DNA of 63,001 nt, filler included, from Ministeria vibrans ATCC 50519 (lineage: Eukaryota > Protista > Filasterea): NCBI GenBank assembly GCA_943704425.1. It is 6 parts of 6 records of this genome, joined end to end, with 100 filler letters (N's around TTAATTAATTAA, not from the genome) between each part and the next. Parts side by side here need not be neighbours in the genome. Positions count along the whole stretch, not along the records: positions 26,668 to 37,105 come from CALSCP010000962.1; positions 37,206 to 44,543 come from CALSCP010002033.1; 4 more parts are not named here. One strand, given 5' to 3'. Shown here piece after piece: positions 27,735-41,395 of the stretch; within the stretch, counting starts at the first letter, position 1; every line of letters begins with the position of its first letter. The position numbers and the translations under genes were made by a program. Under the pieces are notes generated by a model. The model had not been told where the DNA came from. It saw nothing but the letters and a program-made list of their open reading frames with translations, and searched no databases.

Positions 27735-30692
27735 TCAGTCATTGGCACTGCGGTCAATCGCCTCATCGTCGTCATCATCGTCTTCTTCGTCGTCGCTGTA
27801 CTCTTCGCCCCGACTCTTCTTGGACTTTTTCGACTTCTTCTTCTTCTTCTTCTTCTTCTTCTCCTTCTTCTTCTTCTTGCGCGCGGCTGCCATCTCATCG
27901 TCATCATCGTCGTCGTCTTCGGCCTCGTCGTTGTCGCTGTGGCGGCCCTCCTCCATTTTCACCTCGGGCGCTGCGACGGGCGCCTTGAGGCGCAATTTGA
28001 ATGTTGGCGTTGCGCGAGCTGGGGTGCTCGACGATGCTTCCGCTGCTGCTGTTGTTGCTGTTGTCGTTGTTGGCGGCGATGGTACCATAGAAAATGATGC
28101 TGGGACATCTGCCTCAAGTTTGATCGCTGCCGGCTGTGACGGTGGCTGTGACGGTGGCTGTAACTGTGTGGCGGAGGTGGGGGTTTTGAAGGAGATTTTG
28201 AGCAGGGAAGTAGAGCGAGCGGGCGTCGCGGGCGGCTGTGGTGGCCGAGTGGGCTCAGGCAGCGCATGCTGAGACTCGCTGGGCGCTGCTGATGCTGTTG
28301 GTGGTGGTGGTTGCGGAGTAGGCATTTTGAAGCGGATAATGGGTGTCGATGGGGTCGATGGGGCCGCGGGTTGAGGAAGGGTCGGTGTTGGGCGATGTTG
28401 ATGTTGCTGTGGGTAGGGCGACGCATAATCAGGCTGAAAGGGCTGTTGAGTCGGTGTGAAGGGGAACTGTTGATGTTGTTGTGGTGGTGGAGTGGCAGTG
28501 CCGCGGTAGTGGTGTTGAATGTCGGCCTGATTGAAGACAGACGCAGCGTCGAGAGGCGCGTAAAAGTTTGAAAGATCTTGAGAAGGCATCATGGCGGAGA
28601 TGGGTGACTCGGGGGGTGGGAACAAGGAGGGAGTGGAAGGGGGGAAAGATGGAACGGGAGGGGGTGTGGGCATTGCTGCCACAGCGGCCGCTGCAGCAGA
28701 GATAGCAGCAGCCTCCGCGACGGTTTTACTCGCCCTGAGCGAGGCGGGAGTCGCTGTCGCAGCTGCCACCGCTGCCGCTGCCATTGGGTTAAGGGCACGC
28801 ATAGGCGTGTGTTGCAAAGTTGCTTGCGTCGTCGTAGTAGTATTAGTGGTAGTGGTGGTGGTGGTGGTGGTGGTCGTTGTCGTTGCCGGCACTGTTGCCG
28901 TCTCAGCCGTTGATTCCATCGCAGACGCCTCGTTCTCGACCTCCGGCTCGACGCGTTCCGGTTCAGCCTCCGGCTCCGGCTCAGGGTCGGGCTCATAATT
29001 GACAAAGTTGATACGCTCCGCACGCACCAGAGAGCGTCGTCGTCGTCGTTGATGGAGCGTCGTGGAAAGATATTTGACATCTAGGTCCATCGTAAAAGGA
29101 ACAATGGCGGGCAGCGGTGAGGCGGCATCCCCGTCACCATCAGCACCGTCGACGACACCCGTGTCATCATTGGATTCGCTCCCACCACCATTGGGCACAA
29201 TCGCTCCTCCTTCATCACAATGATTGACATCGTCGTTTTCGTTGCCAACATCCTCTTTCCTGCTCTCGTGCTGTTTTGCCACATCAACCATTTCTGCGTC
29301 AGCTGCGTCTCCAGTTCGCTCAACTTCGCCCATTGCCTTATCGTCGCCCGGGACTCCCTCGAGATCAGACTCCAGGATTTGGCCGGTCGCCTTTTCCTCC
29401 TCCGTATTCGTCTCAGTGTGTGTGTCGTCGGTCGGAGCTCCGTCCAAATCGGCCTCACGAGTTTGACCGGTCGCCTTTTCCTCCTCCATATTCGTCTCAG
29501 TGTGTGTGTCGTCGGTCGGTGCAGCCTCCAGATCGGTCTCAACGGTCTGCTCCATTGCGGACGTCTTCGTGTCGGTTGGTGCTCCCTCCAGATCGGTCTC
29601 AACGGTCTGCTCCGTTGTGGACGTCTTCGTGTCGGTTGGTGCTCCCTCCAGATCGGTCTCAACGGTCTGCTCCATTGCGGACGTCTTCGTGTCGGTTGGT
29701 GCTCCCTCCAGACCGCTCTCCAGCGTCTGCCCCGTCGCCTCCTCTTGAGCCGCCGCTGTGTCCGTCGCACCATCATCATTCCCCCTGACCTTCTCCGTCA
29801 ACACACTCGTCGTCTCCTTCTCAGCATCTGAAGACGTATCCATCGATCGTGCGCCATTCGGACAGTCTGCCATCGGCTCCTCGAACACCATCGTCTCCTT
29901 CTCCGTCTCCTCAATGCCACCCGCTGTTTTCTGACACTCTTGATCTTGCACCACTTCCTTAGCGGCAACCACTCCGTCGTTCGTTGCCTCACCCGCATAG
30001 TCTCTTTCCTTCCTTGCCGTGACCATCGCGCTCTTTGCCTCCTCTTGCCTCTTTACTGAGGCACTCCCTTCAGCCACAAGTCGTTCGTCTGGGTCTCTTT
30101 GGAGACGTCCGCCGTCCAGCTCGTCGTCGTTTCCGTCCAACGCGGCACCTGCCGCCTGCATCTCCCTCAAAGCTAGATCCGCCAGGGCCGCCAAGGCCAC
30201 ATCACGCACCGGCTCTAACACGGGCAAGTGGCTGTCGACGTACATGCGCGACACAGACTCGTACTTGCGCTTGCGACCACGCGCCCTCGCCAACTGTTGC
30301 CTCTTCTCCGCCCGCGCCAATGCTTTGCTCTCCTCGCTCGCCATCTCTTGCTCTCCCTCCACAGCATTCGCGCTCTCCTCCTCCTTCTCCTCTTCTCCTT
30401 CGTCGTCGCCTTCTTCAACCGCATCCTCGTCGGACGCACCTCCTGCAAGCGCCTCCAGCATCGCCATGGCAATGTCTCGCATAGTATCATCGTCGTCTTG
30501 CTCCCCTTGCGTACCCGACACGGCCGCAGTCGCTGGCAATGGCACTGTTGGGGGACACGACACAAAGGGTGTTGTGGCGCTGTCGGTTACTTTGGCAAAC
30601 TGATTGGCGAACAGCGCAATCTCAGGAATCGACACACGCATGTCACGAAACGCGAAGAGTACGTCACCGACGTGTGCTTCCGTACGCCCATC

Positions 30693-30738
<46 letters not shown>

Positions 30739-31392
30739 GCACAAACAAAAAAAAGAAAAATGAGATGCGTCTCTTCTTGGGTGTTGGTTGTTGGGTCATG
30801 TCACGTACTATGAGCAGCCATAGCGCCAACCTGCCGTGACACCTCCCGCATAAGATTCCCCAGCACATCCGCTAATATGTCACAGGCTTCCCCTCTACTC
30901 ATAATCACACGCACAAAAAGAGAAGAAGAAAAACAAAAAGAAGATTAGACAACGCAAAAATGAAGGGAAGACGATCAGATATAATAATTATAATAATTTT
31001 ATAACTGTGAAATGTGATGCAAAGATGTCCAACAGCACCACGCTGGCGATGCAGCCAACGCGGTGGGGATGGCGGCAAGATGCGATGGGGTATGGCGGGG
31101 AAGGAACGGGGGAGAAGAGGCGACAGAGAGAGAGAGAGGAAGAGAGAGAGAGAAAAAAAAGTGTATCTCAAAAAATCATGAAATGGCGAAATCACGCCCA
31201 AAATCCATAAGCGCAATGTACACTGCGGCGTAAATGGTACTGCGGGGGCGGCACAACCACCGTGCGTGTGCTGCAGACTCACCTGACGGCTACAAAGCCG
31301 AGCGCTTCGCATATCCTTGCCACTGTCGCGCGCTGGATTTTCTGCACAAAGTAGGGCACCGACGGTGTCGGTGCCGCTTCTCGACTATTCAT
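27735..31392 (-). CDS. Bromodomain-associated (BTP) histone-fold protein, TAF3/TAF8-like, long low-complexity tail
   Basis: VARICEALGF..ACDILADVL..LMREVSRQ..AH|NGRTE..VGDVLFAFRDM; YVDSHLP; poly-K and acidic C-terminus; 2 introns. Confidence 0.8.
29383..29720 (-). repeat. Coding tandem repeats: ~2 x 84 bp and ~3.5 x 60 bp
   Basis: Units encode ATGQxxExDLxGAPTDDTHTETNxEEEK and LEGAPTDTKTSAMEQTVETD; near-identical at DNA level. Confidence 0.9.
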
Positions 31393-31612
31393 GGTCGTCG
31401 AAAAGAGTGCTTCCAAAGAAGATCCGGATGGAATATGGGTTAATTATGATAAATGAATGATCACAGCAGATCAATGATTGATTATTATTTCACTCATCTT
31501 TGTTTGTTTCTCTCTGGCAGTGCACTCTACAGTCAGCCTTTCTTCACGCACACACATACATACGCACCCTCTCTCTTTCTCAAGTGAATCTTGGTCAGCC
31601 GGTGGACGCGAC

Positions 31613-34600
31613 ATGTCGCGGTTTCGAAAGGCTGCTGGAGATGTGTCGCGTATGTCGCGACTGATTAACTCGTCGAGCGCCTCCTCCAACGCCACGACGG
31701 CGTCGGGGGATGTTGAGAAGAAGAAGGGGCACTATCGAACGTCCAGTGCTGTTCCCCACATGGCCCACCCCGAAGTGACGGGCGTTGCGCCGAAACAAGG
31801 GTCCGACAAAAAGACAAAAAAAAAAAAAACATTTTCAAAGGTACACTTTCTTCAACTCTTGTCCATTGTGTGCGTAGCCCCCCTGGCACCAAGTTGACCA
31901 TTCGTGGCCAGTCGTTTGGTGAGAAGCTCGAGTCAATCAAGGACGTGACGGTGTGCGGACTGAGCTGTCTGTCGTCCTTGCAATGGGTTTCGCCCGGCAA
32001 GCTTGTCTGTCTGGCGCCGTCAGGGGCCGTCGGCAGTGGGCCGATCATCGTCACGTCGTACGCCGGTGGCGCAGGCACGTCCACTGTCATTTTCACCCTT
32101 GAAGAGGCGGAGGTTGAGGAAGTCGAGCGGGCGCCCTTGCTGCACACCGAGACGGACGCCTGGCCCACCTTTGACGACACACTCAGCAGCTACGAGCCTC
32201 GTCATGCAGGCGACACGGCCACGACCACGCCCGTCTTGCAAACGGCCGAGGCTGCACGCGCCGCGGCCAAGGCTGCACGACGCACAAAGCTTGCAGGTGG
32301 AGATCCATTGGGTTTGCTGACACGTCAACTCTTGAACGAAATGCAACCGCGAAGCGAACGTTTTGCACCCGCCGCTTTCCTCGGCGAAGTCCACAAGGCC
32401 ACGACCTTTGATCAGCTACGTGTGGGTCGCGATAAACTCCACGACTCGATGAACGACTCACAGGCCGAACTCACACAGTGGGTCAAACGCGATTTTGACG
32501 CCTTTGTCCAATGCACTCGGTCGCTCAGCGACGTCCATCGGCTTCACCTCAAACTGCAAGATCAAGCCGCTAAATTTGCAATTGAGCGTGCACGTCGTCC
32601 CACCTCGATGAATCTTGTGGGTTCGCAACAGCAACATCAGCAGCAACAACAACATCAGCAGCAGCAGCTGCAACAGCGGGCGCGCGCCTCAACCGCGGCA
32701 CCCAACATCTCTACCTCGTACACGACGATGCCCACAGGCAGTAGTGCCGTTGGCTCAACTGTTGTGACGAGCGGCGAAGGCGCAGCGTCAGGTCCAGCAA
32801 CTGTCTTGTCGGACGCGACTGATGCGACGGAGATTGTCACAGGGCGCACGGGCTTCGAGACGTGCGTCACCGCCTCATTGGAACAAGCAATCCAGTCGGT
32901 GTTGGGTAAGGCCAAGGCACTCTTTGATCCGCTGCTGGAACGTCGTATTCGTGCGGACATGCGACGAAACGCGGTCAGCATTCTCGATCGCTACAACATG
33001 CTTTTCCGTCTGCCACTCCTCATGAAGACGTCCATCAGCAGCGGCGACTACAGTGGCGTCGTTCAAGACTACAAGCGTGCACTGCAACTTTTTGCTGACA
33101 CCAACGTCGAGGTGTTTCACGAGGTGCTCTCCGAGTGCCATCGCCTCATTGCCGTGCTTCGTCACCAGCTCGTGGAACGTCTCAAGATCCCACAGGCGTC
33201 GGGCGTTCACGAGCGCCTTATTGGCTACCTCAACGAACTCGATCCCCACGAGGACGCCACATGGGTGTGTCTATGTGGGCAACTTGAGTGGCTCACGCGG
33301 CAGTCGTCGTCCCTTGCGGACCAGGCGGAGGCTCAGGGCGAACTCGAGTCGCTGTCGCTTGCTGACGCCTCGCGTACCACAGGCTTCTCGACGGATCCCA
33401 TCGATATTCGCGTGACGTCTGCCTCGCCTGGAGGCTCCAATACCCACTCCACCGTCGGTGACGTCTCACTCGAACGACCGCTTGCCATTCGCCGAAAATC
33501 CTCGCTGGGCTCTGGCGAGACAGGCTCCATGGGCTTGCGAAAGACTCTCACCCCCACTCGTGTCTCACTTGTGCGCCAACTCTCGTCGGGGGCACGTCTG
33601 CGAACAAGGCCCCAATCGTTACTTCACGTCGAATCCGGTGGCAGTGGCAGTGGCGGTGGTGGTGGTGGAGGAGGAGGAGGACACCACGCAAACGGTAGTG
33701 GCTACGCCGTGCGGCGTCTTAAGAGCTGGGACTGGGACCGTGTGCGCAAGATGGGCCGACGAAATGAGGCGCTGATTCACGGTGTGCGTCACCCGACGTT
33801 GCGTCTCTCGCGCGTCTCTAGCACTTCATCCAGTAGCATGACCTCCCTTCACACGTTGCACGCGGCAAGTACTGCTCCGCGTGCACCCGTTTCCATTGCC
33901 GGCGCCAGTGTCAGTCGATCCATACCCATGCGCAGTCGCATTAGCATGACCACCTCGCTCAACCTCAATGCGGTTGCTATGGCCGCCTCCGGCAGTGGCT
34001 CCGTCTCTCTTGCCATGCTTTCCCGCCACCACGCCGAGACGGCCGCCGCCTCTTCGTCGTCACAAGCGCATTCGAGTACGTCGCCCAGTCTCAATCGTGA
34101 GGAGGACCGCGCCGGTGCCGTCGGCATGGGACTGAGTCTTCAGGGCGTGAGCGACAGTGACGTTGATCCCACCGTGCTCTTTGCCATTCGCTCCTGTCTC
34201 TTGCTCACGTCTCACTTGCCGCGTCTCTGCCACATGGGAGGGGATGCCTTCAAAGAGGTCAAGCGTGGCCATCGTCGCCAGGAATCCGGTGGCGCAGCTC
34301 TTAGCGGTATCATTACCGACACAGGCGCGTCCACGTTGGGTGGCAACGGTACCAACAATGTGCCGTCGTCATCCAGTGCTTCGGGCTCAACGCAGGCACA
34401 CCTGGCGCACCGTCGACTTGGCTCGAGTGGAGCAAACCTTTTGGATTTGCGTCGTCGAAGTCTCGTGCTTGAGGGCACGCTCGCGTCTATTCCGGGCTCG
34501 CCCGCCGTAGTGCTTCCGAACAGCTCGAGCAACACCAGTATTATGTCGGGACACCCATTGGAAGACGCTGAGGAGGCTATGCGCAGTGGTCGTCCTGCAG

Positions 34601-36774
34601 CGCTACCCGAACATACACGCGCCGAGTTTGAGCGACTGGTCGCCGACACTGCCAACGCGTGTGCACTCAACTTGCGCCGTGTGCTGCTCCCGAGCTCCAC
34701 ACGTGGTCGTCGTGTATCGCCGCGCCGCTCGCTTCAAGCCATGTTTTCTGTGTCCGATGTGGATTCAGATAGTGACCCCGACACCGACACCAACAGCAAC
34801 GGTGCAACAAGTGGCAACAACGACGACATCAACGACGACAGCGACGGCGACGGCGACAACAATTGCGACAAGGTTGGCGCCTCTCGCGCGTTCTCGTCGT
34901 ACAATGGGCGGCTGCATTGCCACATGATGCTGGAGGAGTGGATGTCAGGCTCGGGGGCCATGACGGGCGTGGTACACGCACTGTGCGACTGTATCGACCT
35001 GCTGGTGACAGGTGGTGTTCATGAGACGGCTATTTTGCCGCTGGTAGATGTACTTCACGACGTGCGTCGCAACTGTGTCTACTTTACGTGTACGCAGTTG
35101 CGTCGCGAGTTGAAGGTGCTTCCCTACGAGGCTGACAACAACGGCTACTTTGGTACGTCCAGGCGTGCCGCACCATCCTTTCCCGCTCAGTTTGAGAACA
35201 CACTTCTACTCGCCGTCAATGTGCTCGCGCTGGTCACTCGCGCCCCTGCTGCCGCCACCGTTGCTGCGAACCAGGCGTTCCCTGCCACATCCACAACCTC
35301 CTCCTCATCGTCCGCCAAGAAGCACGAGAAACTGACGTCGAAGCGTAGCTGCGACCAACTCACACGACAAAAGGTCAAATTCACGACGGACACGGACCGA
35401 TCGATGGATGAAGCCGACCCAACGTCCACTTTGCTCTCGGGCACGAGCGACTCGGTGGCGATACCTTTGACAACGTCGTCGTCGTCTCTGGCACTAGAGC
35501 GTCAGCTGCCGTCGGATAACATGCGCAAGCGTCGCTCTTTTGGGCTGCAACACCAGCCACACTCGCACGATGCTGACACCATTCGCGCTGCACCCTCTTA
35601 CAAGAGCATCATGGTGGGACGTGGTGTGACCGTGAACACGAACGATGGCGACGGTCGAGACCGCGCGACTCCCATCGAGACTTTGGCGCCTCTTGCTCCC
35701 GCCTTTGCTGCCATTCAGAAGTTTGTCTTGTCGACCCTCAAATCGTCGATCGAGTCGTGCTTGCGCGGTCTTCGTTCGGTGGCGGTGGTGGCGGTCGAGT
35801 CACGCTCGTTGAGTCGCGACGCGCTTGGCGAGCGGACATTTAGCAGTACGTTTGGAAAGACAGATCGTGTGGTGACGCTCGTGGCAAACATGGAGTTGTC
35901 GGACGCGGCGAACGCGGGGAATGCGTCGGCGTCGGTTATGTCGCACGCGTGGTATGATGAGCGTCGTCTTGTGGCTGCCCTGGCCAATACGGAGCAGCTG
36001 CGTGATCACGCACTCGTGCGCGTCTTTGATGCAGTCGCTCGCGAGTTTCCCATGCTCAATTTGGATCAGTTGCGCGAGTCAACGCGTGCCGCCACAACGG
36101 CACTGTGCGATGAATTTTTTGACTTGTTCACGGGCCAGGTGGCATCACGCATCGACGCTCTTGTCGAGCACGGACTCGAGTCGTCAGCCCCTGCTGGTGT
36201 GTTGTCGCGCACGGCGCTCAAAGTGAAACGAGCCGCCAAGGCCATGTTGCGCGAGACCAGCACGACAAGTTTGTCGGCGGTTGATGAGGCGATTGCATCG
36301 GTAGGCATCGACGAGCTTTACGACGCTGGTGGTAGTGGGGTGGTCGACGAAGGAGATCGGCGGAGACGTCGCCGACGCGCGGCGGCCACCACGGGCGCAT
36401 GTTTTGAGGCACGCTCCTACGTGCGCGAAGTGCTCCTTGCGCTCTGTGTCAAGCACGACATGTGTGTGGGTATGGGTACTGCCTTTGTGCAGCGCGTGTA
36501 CGAACGACTGTTTGTACGCATTTCCCAAGTGATCAGCCGCACACTCGACGGTCTTTCGGGCGGCATGTGCTTTGACGAAACTGAGCGTCGCTTTGCACTC
36601 TTTGAGCTTGAGTGTTTCCGACGAGCGTTGTCGCGCTTTGCTACTGACGAGTCGACGCGCCAGTTTAACGAGTGCGCCAAAAAGCTCAATGTGCCGCTTT
36701 CGTCGGACATTGAGGAGGCCGTCGTCGACTTCTGCGAGGCGGCGCGTCTCCAACTCGCATGTTTCAATGTATAG
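31613..36774 (+). CDS. EXOC2: Exocyst component 2 (Sec5) with N-terminal IPT/TIG domain
   Basis: PEVTGVAPKQG|PPGTKLTIRG..VTVCGLSC..W.SPGKLVC..GPIIVTS..G.GTSTV.F; DPLG; F.P..FL..VH..TTF..L; VK..FD.FV; R.AVSIL.RY..LF.LP; C-term RSYVREVL. Start could alternatively be the later ATG at 31760. Confidence 0.93.
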
Positions 36775-36980
36775 CTGTACACTTTCTTTTGTATCGTTTT
36801 CATTAATTATTTTCATAAAAATGATAACCCATAACACCGAAAACCTGAATTTTCTAAATGACAGACTTGTATTTTTGTAATAATAGCTGTTATTATTATT
36901 AATCATCATTTCTGTTTGCGTTACAAATACAACAATAACTAACGGCAAGAGCAATCCCATTCTCCCAGTCCGTCCGTCAA

Positions 36981-37048
36981 ACACACACACACACACCACA
37001 AAGACACACACACACATACACACACGCACACACACACACACACACACA

Positions 37049-37100
<52 letters not shown>
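36981..37100. repeat. (CA)n(CT)n compound microsatellite
   Basis: Direct reading. Confidence 0.9.
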
Positions 37101-37103
<3 letters not shown>

Positions 37104-37206
37104 GANNNNNNNNNNNNNNNNNNNNNNNNNNNNNNNNNNNNNNNNNNNNTTAATTAATTAANNNNNNNNNNNNNNNNNNNNNNNNNNNNNNNNNNNNNNN
37201 NNNNNC

Positions 37207-37792
37207 TTCTGGTGTTGGCGACTGGCTGAGTGTGTACTCTTCTCATGTGCGAGTGGAACTGGAGCAGAGGGGCGACCCGCATGAGAATATTGAACGTGAG
37301 ATGGGACTGTTGCGGGTCTTTGAGCGTGTTCCTTCGTCTTTCCAGGAGTGGCTGCTGCAGGCAGAGAGAGTGCGTGGCAGAGGGGACGAGACTGATCTTG
37401 ATGTGGCCTTTGAGCGTTGTGCCGATGGTCGATTCAAATGTCGGATGGAACGACCCGTGTTGGGAGTGCAGTGTAATACGGCGCCATTTGCAAAGGGGAA
37501 AGTGGGGATTCACTTTGCAGCGTATCATCTTCTGAGTGTGCATCGCACAAAGTGTGTCATTTGTGGCCAATCTCTGAGTCAGGCAAATGCTCTCCCTCGC
37601 CACCTTCGTCGATGTCACAGTGACCTATTCGCGTCGGAAGAAAGTCAATGGCGATCTGTGTACGAGAAGGCAGTGCGGAGTGCCTTGGAGAGAGAGGGAG
37701 TGGAGGAGAGTGAGATTGAGAGTGAGTTGATGATGTTGTATGAGCATGAGAAAGTGCCCGCTCAATTTCAAAGATGGGCTGCGCAACACTAA
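37207..37792 (+). CDS. C2H2 zinc-finger protein, 3' fragment after gap
   Basis: Open frame with CVICGQSLSQANALPRHLRRCH and a degenerate preceding finger ending YHLLSVH. Confidence 0.55.
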
Positions 37793-37851
37793 CTCGCTCT
37801 TCCTTCAATTTTCATTTGTTTCCATGCAAATCAAGAGTCGTACTTTTTATA

Positions 37852-37970
37852 AGAAAATAGAGTATCGAGAGCTGAACAAGACAATATACAAAACAAAGAG
37901 CAGCACAATGCTACAACCGCAGACTTCTAGACGAGAATGTCCCGAAAGAAGCCCATAGACCCACCGATAC
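37852..37970 (+). repeat. Dispersed ~110-bp intergenic repeat, copy 1
   Basis: gagagctg..aacaagacaatatacaaaacaaagagcagcacaat..agacttctagacgagaatgtccc, shared with 51035 and 58645. Confidence 0.85.
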
Positions 37971-38139
37971 ACCCATGAGAAGAATTAATAATTGATAGAA
38001 GCAAATTGAGACAGTGTGAGTTCGAGTCCCTTGACTCTTCAACAGCATTATTATTATTTTGACCTTTGACTCGCGCTCTCCCTTATACACATACACTCAC
38101 ACAGACCGTCTAAAAACAACACAGACACGTTTTCATCCC

Positions 38140-39857
38140 ATGCCGGGGGAGTTTAAGAAGAACTACGTGCTCTGCGAGGTGCTTGGAAGGTATCCGACTT
38201 TGGCGTTGCCAAGGGCAACGTGCGCCATCCCACTACTTCTCCCCCCCTGATCCTGCGTGTTTTGTCCACAGAGGAGCATTTGCGGTAGTTCACAAGTGCC
38301 GAGAGAAGAAGAGCGGAAAGGAGTGGGCCGTCAAGATTATCGCAAAATCGGTAAAAACACCGAATTGTGGATGTCCGCTTTTGTCGAATGTCTCGCGCCT
38401 TTCTTAGGGCACAGACCCAGTCGCACTGCGCAAAGAGATCGAGGTTTTAAGAAAACTCGACCATCCCAACATTGTGAAGCTCAAGGCAAGCGCCCTTCGG
38501 CGACCCTTCTCGGTTGTGCCTGACTCGCTTGCGTTTTTTCCGTTTTCTGTTATCTCTGTCGCGCAGGAAGTCTTCGAAGAGAAGACCAGCATCCTTCTCG
38601 TGATGGAATTTGTGACGGGGGGTGAGATGTTTGACCGCATCGCCCAGCGCGGGTACTACAGTGAGGCGGATGCGAGCATGGCGGTGTTCCAGATGCTGAC
38701 GGCCATTGAGCACCTGCACAAGGGCAACATCGTCCACCGAGGTCCCCCTTCCTGCGCCCCCACCCGCATTCTCCACTCACGCGCTTCACAATTGCCCCCT
38801 TTAGACCTTAAACCCGAAAACGTCCTGTACGAGAACACTTCGGATATGGCTGACCTGAAAATTGCGGATTTTGGACTGGCGACAGTCATGAGCAAAGGAG
38901 TCGGCCTGTCGACCATGTGCGGCACTCCGGGCTATGTCGCCCCCGAGGTTCTCCTGGGAAAGCTCTATGGCAAGCCAGTTGACGTCTATGCCATTGGAGT
39001 ACGCTTTTTTTCTTTGTTTGCTTTTTGTTTTGCTTGTTGACACAGAGTGACACCAAGTTTGTTTTCTTGTTTCTTCTTTCTTTCTTACTTTCTTCTTCCT
39101 AGGTGATTATGTACATTCTTCTGTCGGGAATGGAACCATTTTACGAAGAAAACGAGGCTTTGATGTACCGTCGCATCATTCGCGGCCAATGGAACCTCAA
39201 AGCGCCGATTTGGAAACACATTTCAGAAGGTTGAAACCCAACTTTAATATCATACTGTCATATCGTGACCGTTGTTTACTGTTCCAAAACGAAACTTGTT
39301 CTCTTTAGCGGCAAAAGATTTGCTAAAACAACTAATGAATGTAAAGCCTGAGAAACGACCGAGCGCAGCAGAAGCACTGAAACACTCTTGGGTGAAGGTA
39401 CAACACACAAAATCACTCAGTGTCACCATTGTGCATAGAGAACGCTTGCGATAAACTTGCGATGAACTTGCGATGAACTTGCGATTCTGAAACAATCATG
39501 CAGGGAAACAGTGCGCCAGGGAGCGCACTACCCGACACACTGGCAAACATCCGGTCGTACAATGCGCGACGGCGACTGAAGGCCGGCATTCGGGCAGTAG
39601 TGGCACTGAACCGAATGCGACGCATTCAACCGACGCTGCTCGACCATCCCCCTACACTGTCCCCTGCCTCTGTCCCTGCCCCTGCCCCTGCCTCTGCCCC
39701 TGCCCAGGCCTCTGCTTCTGTGACGCTTGTCACGACAACGACTACCACAACGACCAAAGTCAGTGCGGCGCTGTTTCCCTCAGGCGCCACTGGCAGTGTT
39801 GCGCCTGCCACTCAGCGCAACAAAAAGGGCCCTACGCCCATCAAATACACTTTGTAA
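38140..39857 (+). CDS. Ca2+/calmodulin-dependent protein kinase (CaMKI/IV-like), multi-exon
   Basis: LGRGAFAVV, AVKII, HRDLKPEN, DFGL, TMCGTPGYVAPE, CaM-binding segment YNARRRLKAGIRAVVALNR. Confidence 0.92.
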
Positions 39858-39879
39858 CACTCAATGATACGCTTTTGCA

Positions 39880-41236
<1,357 letters not shown>

Positions 41237-41395
41237 GCTTGCAGCCAGTCGAAAATAGAGAGTGGTATCAAAAGAGTGCGCTCGTCGTACCGATCACTGA
41301 TAAGTGTGCATTGCACAATACAGATAATTGTTGATCGTACCAAAATTTTAATCTATGACGCAAAAGTCAAAAGTAATTTTCCTTCTTTTTGTTAC

